Source of the DNA: Pavona decussata
Taxonomy: Eukaryota
Assembly (NCBI GenBank): GCA_977016875.1
Contig: CDRNST010000226.1
Coordinates: forward strand, 682,001-746,000
Length of the DNA stretch: 64,000 bases
Direction of reading: 5' to 3'
Shown: positions 38,676 through 49,600 of the stretch, piece after piece
Position numbering within the stretch: the first letter of the stretch is position 1
How the letters are laid out: each line of letters starts with the position of its first letter
The notes under the pieces: generated by a model
Database searches by the model: none
The model's input: the letters and a program-made list of their open reading frames with translations, nothing else
What the model was told of the DNA's origin: nothing
Position numbers and translations under genes: made by a program

Positions 38676-40029
38676 TAGATCTCTCTTGGTGACCCATGTC
38701 GGACCGTAGTCGCTGCAAAATAGCTCCATTTATCAACGCATATTTGGGGACTGGATAACAACCCTCAGTTAACATGTATTACAAAAGCAACAATTTAACA
38801 CAAAATAATTATTCTTTATTTCAATTTCCTTGAGCAGTGCATTTGCTTTTCTATGCTCTAAAATGAACAATCCTAATCTTGTCACGCAAATGACAATTCC
38901 TGTTACGTACGTTTACTACAAGAAACACGTGATAAACCAACATTTGCACATTCTTTCTGATACCTTCAATAAGCCCTTCTCTCACAAAGTTGTGAAAAAA
39001 TAGCATATAGATTTTTTTAATGAATGGCGGCCGATTTATTACTCTTTTCAATATATGTTAATTAGCCCTACTAACCTCATTTAAGAGTAAAAATTCTGAT
39101 GAATTTTGCACGTGCTAACAAAGCTAGTAAGGCTAATTTTCATAAAAATAAAAGAATAATTTATTCGTCGCCATTTATGAAAAAGGTCTATCGATATTAA
39201 CTTCTGAATTTTCCAAAACCGTTAATTTCAAATAGAGTATAACATGTGTTAACGGAAAATAACAAAATGTTATTCATTCACTAATGACTGAAGTTATTCA
39301 TGCCAAAATAAATGTACCCTTGGCCATTCATTTGCTTTTTATATCAAAATATAATTGTGTGCACATTACACAATGTACATGTATATTGAAACAAACATGA
39401 ATTAACAACACTGAAAATTGAGTTAAGCTGTTGAAACAAGACAAACCAGACCAAATCAAAACTAAGTTATAAGTTGTTTCAGAACTCTGAAAATATTCAT
39501 AAATTGCCACACTAATAAAAAAATTGGATCAATTTCAAATTCACAGTTGTAGTAAGGTACAGGTACAGTAGTACTGCACTTGTTATAAACTTGCAAAAAT
39601 GAAAAAAAAAAAAAAAAAAAAATATGCAAAGTTCTTCATGTCAATGACAATAAAGAGTATCAAGTGATTTACCCTACACTTTAATGTATTAACTTTTGTT
39701 TCGAAAATTTATTTCAAATTATGTAAACTATGCAAGTATTGATCATTAAATTTATGCCGAGTGAATTAAGACTATCATATAACTTTCCTAACACTTTTAT
39801 GGATTAATTTTTGTTTTGAATATTTATTTTAAATATGTAAATTATGCAAATATTGATATTATAATTTATGCCAAGTGAATTTGGGTCTTCATTATTACTA
39901 GAAATGTAAGTTTATTATAAAGATTATGACCAGGATTATCGCAGCTTGGAATCCAACAATGGGTCCACACCATTTGTTCATGTAATTTTTTCAACACAAT
40001 CTGATTAATTGCGCATTTCTACTAATTCT

Positions 40030-40634
40030 TCATCTTCCTCTGCAAGACTCCTTTCTGTTCTGTAAACCTTTCTGTGACAGTCTAAGGAGTGCATCAAAAT
40101 CCATCTCATCGGAAGAAGGAGGTCGATTGACTTCTCCTTCCTCAAGGTAACTGGTGTTTGAGTCTAAAAACAAAAAAGGAAAAAATATATACACTGTATC
40201 AGTAACTACTTTTTTCTTGAACCACATCTTCAATTCTTAGTACTGCAAGTAACAGTTAAATAATCAGGAAGAAAAGTTTGCTGTGATTAGCTATAGGGCC
40301 AAACATCAGTAGACGTTACAGGTAAATGTAACTACAAGTTAAATTTTGATTATCACAGCTCCACAATGTTTATGTTACTTACCACTGATACAAGAAACAA
40401 ATGTGGTGACACTTAAAACAACCTCATTTTTAAGGTAAGAACAAAAATTGCATCAAATGACAAGCCTGTCATTATGCTTTGAAAAGGATGGTGCCAGTTT
40501 GATTTGGATTATGGGTAGCAAGATAATGCTAGTATCTCCAAATCAAAGCGTGTAAGAGTAAAATAAAGTAATAAACTACAACAAGATCTATACAAAATCA
40601 TTACAGTATATATGATTGTTGTAATGATTATCTA

Positions 40635-40668
<34 letters not shown>

Positions 40669-43600
40669 TATTCCAATAATTAAATAATAATAATGTTTAC
40701 AAACTAAATGACTAAAACTTTTAACAATATTGACAGTTCCCCTTTCATCTTTAAGAGAATTCCATTCTCTTATCGAAAAGTAAGTAAATGGATGAAGCCC
40801 ATGAGTTGTTGTCTTGACTAGTGCAAATAATAAATTTTTGTAATCAATTTTTGTTAACTCCTCTCAGTCCATATAAATGTATCCAGGTCATAAACTAAAT
40901 GAAATCTGCCATGCCCGTTGGCTGTTAGTGATAGTCAAACTCAGGGTCGCTGGTCATTAAGCGGCAGCAATGGCTCATTACGGGCTGTGTATAACAGTGC
41001 AACATCAGGAATCAGTGCTTCATGTAAGCAGTACTCACCAAAGTCAACATAGCTTCCACCACAAAACTTTCTTCTTCCACCAAAGCAAATGTCCAAAACA
41101 GGGAGACTTGAATCCTCATTACCCCCTAAAAGTATCACACAAAACAAACATTATTTTATAAGTGTATGCTGTTGCCTGACAAACACACTGCACTGATTAA
41201 AAAATGGACAGACCAATCATTACAATCACAAAAGCCACTCACTTTCAATTGCTTCAGCAGCGGAAGTGTATTCAAAGAATGTCACAAATGCATAGTTGTC
41301 CCTATAAACAGCAAGGAACAAGACATTATGTCACGGCACTACAGTAGAAGAAAAATACCACTGAAACAAAATTGTAACTGCTCTGTTTCCGCTACTCTGT
41401 ATACTTGGTCAATCAAGTTGATGACCTCCCACAAAATGGAAATGATTTTTATTACTTTCTCAGCAAATAATGTATTACAATGGAAGCCACTGATGAGAGT
41501 GGTAAAACTGCTATTTTGAAATGTACAGTTCAAGGGAAAAATCCTACCCTGTCCCCATGGATGGTCATAGGGCATTCTGAGGGAGGGGGGGGGGAAACTA
41601 TGAAGCTAAACTACAATTCCCAGAATGGTGGGGGTTCCAACTGAACACAAACAATTACGGATTATTATCACATTGCTGCCATTCTGTGACCTTGTGATCA
41701 ATGAGGTGAATGAATGTCCACTCACAGAGCTCTGTGTATGTTGAACTTTAAAGTCCTAAGGTGTTCTCTGAGAAAACAGAAAACATGTCAAAAACTGAAA
41801 CTGCGACTGTGCGACTCAAATCACAGGTCTCCAGTTTAAAGGCCCACATTCACCCAAGATGTATTGCGCGCCGAGGAACAGTTTTGATATATGAAAACCC
41901 CCCTATTTTATTTGACGGGGAGTCGAGTGAAAAAGCAAAAAGGGATCACGAATAGTCTTTCCCTCCAGCACGAGTCCTAGAGGAAACCCGTATGAACCAC
42001 TTGAGTTCGTACAGCCAACAAGATCACGCGTTTGAACAATACAGCATTTCAAAACAAAAACAAACGACTGCAATGACTCTTGGGTGAAGGTGGGCCTTTT
42101 AATTTTTTATGGCTATTTTATTATATGTACATGCATTCTTCTGTTTTTCATGATTGCTGAGAAGCATCTTATCCATTTGTGTTAAGAATGTACCTGTTGG
42201 TTTAAAAATTTTCAAACCAGTTTTATTTTTAATTTCCCTTTGCCTCCTATTATGCTAACCAATACTGCACAAAGGAAAATTAAAATTAAAGTGGTTTGAA
42301 AAATTTTAAACCAAAAAAATTAAACTACAACATACCCACTCTTGGACAAACTGGGACTCATTGACAAACCCCAAAAAACATTCCCTGTGAAGCTATTTCA
42401 TACTTGCATCCCTTTTCATTTAATTCCAAAAGTCCAGTGCTCGTTATTAGTATAACTAGTATCACATGTGCTATCAAAAAAGTCTAGTCTCCACTACAGT
42501 GTACGACATCTTCTCTATCTTACCCATCATCCCTAAAGTGAACTGTCACTTTTTCAATGAGTCCGAAAGGACGGAATCTCCTCCAAACATCATCTCTTGT
42601 GGTTCTGCTTGATATTTTGCCGATATACACTATACGTCTTTCCTCCTGTGGTGAAATTAATGGGAAGATAATTTTTTCAGTCCAATTTTCTATTCCAGAT
42701 GAAACATTAGAATGGATACCAAACAAGTAAGTTACATAATGGATTAGACCAAAGTTTGAAAAAGTTGACCCTTGTACAGAAATAACCAGTTCGACACCAA
42801 GTCAATGAGTGTTTTTTGAGCTTTAGTAGGGATTTTCAGCTTGCTATCTGAGGATTAATGAATTTGCTATTGTAAATAAAAAAAATGTACAATGCAGTTT
42901 TACCAGTTGTATTTTTTTGGTGGTGTGGCAATGGCAATGTGGTGGGAAGGCAGTGCTTCTACAGGATTTCAGATCACGTCACTTGGAAGAATTTTTTTGT
43001 TTCCATTAACTGGACCCCCACTTAGCCCTTAAGGCCCAGTTAAAGGGTTTCAACACTTGAGCAACATTTGTTCAACAGAAGTAGAATGGATGTTGGGCAA
43101 AATTGGACAAATTTTGAATGGAGTGTTCAAACGGTTTGAACGCCAGTCAACTTTTCGAGAGCAAAAGAAATGTTGAGTCGATGTTGAATGAAACTTTTCA
43201 ACACGCTTCCAGCATTTTTTACACTTTCAACAATGTTCAACGACCTGTTCAAATGCCCCCAACATTTGGTTCCACAGCTGTGTCAAGTGCATGTTGAAGC
43301 AAATGTTGAAACTGTTGAAACGGGCCTTTACAGTTCAAGATACAGATAAGGAACTACAGTACATGTACCATGGTCTGCATTCTGTCTGACTAAAGCTCAT
43401 TCTCCTCTCACAGTAAAGTACACTACTGATGTCTTGATCTTTACGTAGTTACTGGGTTGATTTATTCTTATTTTTACCCATTTTTCTAAGGGCTTTAACT
43501 ACATTTGATCTTACTGAAATGCGACACTTAAACTGGGCTTTAGAAGCTCTGTTAAAAGTTAAGTTCATCTTACCTTTCCTGTGCCTTTAATGTGCTGGTC

Positions 43601-45924
43601 AAACTTGAAACCCATTTTCCTTTCCAGTTCAATGTCATGATACTTCTTATCTTTGCTTTCACTGTCCTTTTCTGAGAGATCCTTGTTGTGCACTCTTCTT
43701 TTCCTTCCAAGATGACTTCCACTTGAATTTCTATAATGTGGACCATTGGACTCGCTCTGTCTTGGATCATATCTGCATCTCTCCTCATTCTTACTGTCCT
43801 CATCTGAACTGGAATAATCTCTCTCGCCTGAACTTGAATACAAACTCCCCCTGCATTTACTTCTTTTGTTGTAAGTGTCTTCATCAGAACTGTAACTACC
43901 CTTTCTTTTACGTTGCTTTCTTCTGTAGTCCTTTTCTTCTTCATGACGAATGTTTTGTCTCCTGTTGTATTGTTTGTCTTCATCGCAGTCGCTGCCTTCA
44001 TCAGAGCTGTCTTCGCAGTATGGACCCCTATAACGCTTGGGAATTCTGCTCTTTTTATCAAGAGAGTCTTTATCACTGCTTGACTGCCTTTTTCTGGAAT
44101 TAAGCATCTCAGTTTCATTGCACAACTTCTTTCTATTTTCATGCTCCAAGTCCGAGGCTAGAGATTTTCTGGGACTACATGCAGCACTTGATCCATTTCT
44201 TGCCAAGTGATCATTGATTTGAACAGCTTTGGGAGGGACTTTCCTCAATGGAAATCCACAACATGCATAATTGTGATCCGTCGCGTGGTTATCAAAATGA
44301 CTCTTCTTGTCACTTCTTGATTTTTCATTGCGTTTCTCCAAGTTGCCTTGGTAATTGTTACTGCCCATAACACCATGAAGTTGCAGACTTTCTCCATTCA
44401 TAAAACTTGATAAATTCTGAGAAATCTCACCAACAAGAGAATCTGTACCACTTTTCTGTGTCAGCAAACTTACAGAAGAAGAACACTCCAATGAACCTGA
44501 TGACAAAAGAAAGGAAAGGTTAACAACATATGAAGTGAAACCAATGTCTTTTCACTATAATATAACAAGAATGAAGGGATTGCATGTGTTGTCCTTGAAA
44601 TGTTCCACTGGTGAATATAAACTTGTAACACATGACTTTGATTGTTTGGGATACCTTGTTTTTCTTCATATTCCAAAAACTGCTCCAGTAAAGTACTGAC
44701 GTCATTGGCTTCAATACCTGTTGAGGTAAAAAAAAGTTTAAATATAAAACCAAGATATGAGGTGAGCAAGGCAGGCTATACCTGGAGGGAGCTTGAAAAG
44801 CTAGCCCAAAACAGATCGAGATGGCAAGCTGCAGTTTCCATGGACCTATGCTCCACTGGGAGTAGCAGGGAATAAGTCAAGTAAGTCATGTTATTAACTT
44901 TGCTCTACTAGCCAAGCAATGAGTTTGGATTGGACTGATGACAATGGTCTTAAAATCAAACACCAAAACTGTATGAACTACAGCCTAACTCATTTGCACT
45001 AAATATAGCTACCATGCTCAGAAAATGAGATTTCAAGACCCCTATGTTCTGTGGATCTAACATCTTGTTTATGTCCTCCTCAGACGAAGTTAATCAAGAA
45101 TTTACTGTCTTTGTTGATGAGTTTATCATTAAAACAAAATGACGTTATTGTACTGATACAAAAATCAAAAAATCTTCAAATGTCTAGGGGGTAGACTAAT
45201 ACCAGCCCCCCCCCCCCCCCTGGGATGGAAAATGTTGAAAATGTCCCACTAATGCATGGGAAGGTGGTGGGGGGTGGGGGGGGGGGGGAGGAAACTGCTG
45301 GAATTGACTGGTGTATTAGCGTATTAGCGCTGAAAAGGGGTGAAGAAATAAAAAATAAATTCTGCAAGTTTCCATAGAGTTAGAGGAACACAAGAAGAAG
45401 TTTGTAAACATACCTTCAATTAATTCACCCTCTTCCAACTCCATACTTTGCAGCAGACTGTCACCACCTCCAGCTATGTCCTTATTTTTTAAAAAGAGGA
45501 AAGTAAGCTTAAAGGGGAAGTGTTATGGGGTTTTTGAACTCTTTGGTTAAAAATGGTGAAATAAGACCTTCATAGCTACAAAATAATGCTAGAACAACGC
45601 GAGGAAAGAAATCAACTCAATTCTTGAAAGGAACAACTCGCTCGTGATCTGTTCTAGCGCGTAAACAAAAATGCGAAAACTTGAAAAACGTTAGCCTAAC
45701 ATTTTTCAAGTTTCAATCCATTCCGGCCTACTCTGTCTCTAGCCAGAGGCACTAATCAACAGTTTTATCGCACTAGGATAATAATTTATAACAAATGAAC
45801 GAAGATAGACACAAGCTAAAAGAATCCCTGTTGATTATTAGCTACTCAATAACACTATAGCTGATATTGAAACCTTGTAATTCAGCTGGGTAGAATTAAT
45901 TGGTATATCAAGTACTTTACCCAT
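40030..45924 (-). CDS. PGC-1 family coactivator (PPRC1/spargel-like) with C-terminal RRM, about 501 aa
   Basis: Exons 45924-45874 (candidate first exon, uncertain), 45480-45414, 44717-44655, 44496-43574, 42645-42524, 41301-41243, 41125-41039 and 40163-40030. Motifs: GIEANDVSTLLEQF (PPRC1-type block), DHNY (D/E-H-x-Y HCF-binding motif) and an Arg/Ser/Asp-rich region. The RRM reads EERRIVYIGKI...FGLIEKVTVHFRDDGDNYAFVTF, followed by the PGC-1 tail CFGGRRKFC..YVDFDSN...MDFDALLR. Confidence 0.88.
40635..40870 (-). mobile_element. LINE 3' fragment with (TTA)n tail
   Basis: Minus-strand remnant VKTTTHGLHPFTYFSIREWNSL, followed by a (TAA)n microsatellite at 40635-40665 on the plus strand. Confidence 0.55.
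41840..42098. mobile_element. TTAA-flanked MITE
   Basis: TIRs AGGCCCACATTCACCCAAGA / TCTTGGGTGAAGGTGGGCCT. Confidence 0.7.
43033..43326. mobile_element. PIF/Harbinger-like MITE with internal TTCAAC/GTTGAA repeats
   Basis: GGCCC...GGGCC termini in TAA/TTA context, with many TTCAAC and GTTGAA motifs inside. Confidence 0.6.
44760..44890 (+). mobile_element. RTE-clade LINE 3' end
   Basis: GYTWRELEKLAQNRSRWQAAVSMDLCSTG, then a stop codon and a short AAGTC/AAGT repeat tail. Confidence 0.65.
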
Positions 45925-46619
45925 ATAAAAGAGAATATGTTGAGGCTTCTAAGAGTTAGAGTACTTTGAATTTTTGGATCATACGAACACCACGTGGATC
46001 AACAATTAAACGATGGTATGGGATTGTTTTTGTATCAAACAAGCTATTTAACTCAAAATATTGCTCCATACTAACGTCTTTCGACGCAAAACATATTAAT
46101 TCATACCTTGAACGTTTCATCAGTCGAAGAATAATTGATTTTTCCCTCAAACAGACCCGACACGAATTCAAATCCTTCGCCTTCTACGTCACCTTGTACC
46201 TCATGGTACGGAGAAGCTTCCGGCATATTTTTTACGGCTTCACTCTGTATCATCAGAATTCTTTGGCAATTTTATAATCACACAACGATAATCTAACTGT
46301 TCAGCTTTTAGAAAAAGAAAATACACGGCAAAATCAAAGGTTTCTTTGCTCAAGAATCGCTAAGAACTAACTTTCTTCCTACAGAGGTTCTTGACCGACC
46401 ACGCGGAGCAAAATGTTGCGTCACAACTTGTACAAAACGTGCAAACTCGTTGTGAGAATCTTGGAAACGAGGGCCATATCCGCAAATATGCCAGCAGTAT
46501 CGCCAGCGGTTGTACACAATAATCCAACATGGTGGACGACTAGTAGTGTTTATAAAATGCTTCTCAAAATTTTCAGTTTTTCCACAAGCGAAAGGTCATC
46601 TACGGATTTTTGAGTTGGA
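45925..46619. promoter_or_regulatory. Putative bidirectional promoter between the PGC-1-like gene and MTRF1L
   Basis: The divergent start codons are about 0.7 kb apart. The interval is relatively CpG-rich and holds a YY1-like CAACATGGTGG near 46525. Confidence 0.6.
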
Positions 46620-49600
46620 ATGCTTCGTCCAATTTTGAAAGGTTTTAAAGTAGTGGCCAATCGTGGTGCTCTAGCTATTTGTAAATCATGGTTACCCATT
46701 ACAGGTAAGCTTATAAAATTGCCCAAATCTTCGACGATTAAAACTCCATATTATTATGAAGAGTTAAAGCGTACTTTATGTACCTCGTAGCCTGTGTGTA
46801 GGCCTTGGGATGGGGGTGGTGTAGGTAATGGGGGTGGGGGAGGGTGAGCAGGAAAAGTTGGAGAAAAATGGGAGAAGGCATGGTGAGGTACTTCCCCCTC
46901 CCATCCCCAACACCTGCAATGGAGGCTATGTACCCTGGGATACAGAGTGCAGTTATTTAGTGAGGTGTACACATCCTGTATCCCCAAAAGGTCTCAAATC
47001 TCACAGAAGGTGGTTGGTTTGTGACCATGGCAGGGCTCAAGACTGACTTTATTCACTTCTTTGCTCTTAGCCCAGTTGCTAGTAACAGGTCTTGTTTCAC
47101 TAACCATAAACAAAATTTTCTCCAGCCGCAGATTCTTCATTTCATTTATGTAAAAGGGAGGGAGGGAGTCAGACATTTTTTATTAGATGTGCAATAATAA
47201 TAGTATTAAGAAAAAATCTCCCACACTTATAAAGTTTTTTCTATTAATAAAAATAGGGAAGATTTTCCCATTTAGAGATGAGTTAGACTCATATCCTTGG
47301 CAGGAGTGAAGGGAGTGTAGCTATGGGATCATTTTTTTGGCACAATTCTGGCTATAATTCTTACTCAGGTTCTGGAATATCAGAAAAGACAGAAGATCAG
47401 TTCCCAAAAAGAACACTATTATTCTACCTATTGTGGTTGAAATGAAAACTTATCTTATTCAGTTTATTGGGCTATTGGGGACAGAATGAATGGAAAACTA
47501 TTCTTTCATTTCCAAAAGGAGAATTAGTCCCTGCTGAAGAACATGAATATCATCTGTTCCATGTATTTCTATTCTGGAATATCTTCAAACGAATGCACTT
47601 TATGACTACCCTATCGCTATGCTGTATAAAATCCCTCGTAAATTTCAGTCACATTGGCAACTCAAAACGTTTCTTTATACTTTCCTTATTTTTTTTAATC
47701 TTCACAGTGTATCAAGTGAGGTGTACATCAAGACTGATTGATACTCTTGAGCCTCACTTGAAAAAGCTTGTTAAACAGCATGCAGAGATTACAGACAGGT
47801 TATCAGTTACTGAGGTACACTGTATTTTGAAATTACAGCTCCAGAAAATATCCATAATCCCTCGATGGATGGCTTTTTTGTTTTGCACCCCCATCCCCCT
47901 GGGAAAATCCAGTTTAGCTTCATACTTTGCTTCTAAAATTTTGGCTTCTAAGAGCCTCCTCCCCCTGGGAGTTTCCAATGACCTTAGCTTCCATGGGATG
48001 AGTATGGATTTTTTTTCTGAAACTACATATTCGGTACTTTTAAGCAAGAGAAAGTTTTATTAAAGGAAGAGATGGTCTTTGGAAGAATAAAATATTCTCA
48101 TTTTCGAGACTTACCCCTACTAAGTTTTCTGGAGCATTGCACTTCACTAATCTTGAAATATTTAAGTGTTGAATTGGCTTGCTTAAAAAGAGTTCCGTTT
48201 TGATTGATTTTATGTTTTTTGCATCAATTTCACGTCATTTTTGGCAGTGACACAGAATTGTTTTCAATTTTCCCAATCAAGGATGTCCTCATAACTCTTT
48301 CTTAAATACTATAATTTAATAAAGTTTGGCATAAGAAACCCACTACTGTCAAGTACATAAAAAAAAAGAATCCTTATCCAAAATGGATTCAGTTGGTATC
48401 AAATCTTCAACGAGCAAAATCCTTACTCAAGCCTTTCATTTGTTGATGCATTTAGAAAATTGTGTGGACTTGATTTGTTTGTTGATAAACTTGTTTTTAA
48501 TGACTTTTAAAAATATTGTATTTGTAGGGAGATATTCCAACTGCCAGTGAACACAGGACATTATCCAAACAACGTGCCAAGCTTTCACCCATTGTGCATC
48601 TAACAAACAAGATTGAGGAAAAGCAGAAGGTGAGAGTATCAAGTGGTAGGCTCCAGTCTATGTATAAAAAACACCATGAATATAAAATATATAAGATTTG
48701 AAGGGTTTTGGACAAGACTAACATAAATGTGCTTTGCGTCTTAAACACATACACCATAGACCATATACCGGTACATTCATTATTAAGTAACAAACTTAGT
48801 TGCAATTTTTGAGCAAAATTCTAAATAAACATGAAATAACTTATGTAATGTTTAAAACATGAGCAGCAGTGTTTTATCGGGATTTAAAACCACGAGGTGG
48901 AGCAGAGTGGATTTGGACCCAATAAAACACGTGCTGCAAGTTTTTTGAAAGGCTTCAAAAACATTCCTGGAAAAGCGTGTGTCAGGAGAGTTCATAACAA
49001 TGATGCTTTTGTGATACGTTGGAAATTAGCATACGAAAAAAACATTAAACACCGCATACTAATAAGGAGGAGGTTTTATCGGATATAAAACCACTGCACG
49101 TGATGTTTTATCAACCATTTGATAGGTCAATGGGCTTAATAATAATGAATTATTAATGAGTTTTTGATGCTTTTCTAGAAAATGCAAGCAACTTGCACAA
49201 AGTAGATACCAACCCTTGACTGATTTCTTTTGTTCAAAGCCATCAATGCTTCTCTTGACTTGGCTCAGTCGCGTATGCAAAAGAATCAGTTGAGCATCGG
49301 TACCTCTTGTGAAGGTGGCTTGTATTTTCTTAAAAAGTAATAAGCTATTTCATGTTTATTTAGCATTTTTCTCAAAAGTTAAATATACGTTTAAGTTTCT
49401 ACATGAAAACCAGTCTGGAGCTGTGCCAAACTAGAGCTCATTTGAAGCAATTTTGATTTTAAGTTAAAAAATGCGTGCATAATTAATATTTTACATTACT
49501 AACTTTAGTCTTGCCCCAAACAAGCCTTCATTTGATGTAAGGAACATGTGCGTTGCAGCTTAACTACTGTCATTGTGTTTCAGTGTTCCAGATAAGAGAG

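Noticed and set aside
43570-44142. Overlapping 190-aa and antisense 126-aa ORFs
   Set aside because: These are shadow frames of the purine-rich PGC-1-like exon, with no independent support.
6808-45290. Long poly-C/poly-G runs as functional G-quadruplexes
   Set aside because: They are mostly parts of dispersed repeats, and homopolymer lengths are error-prone.
47369-47445. Extra MTRF1L exon after TTACTCAG
   Set aside because: It runs into an in-frame stop with no good donor, and exons 1 and 2 already join in phase.
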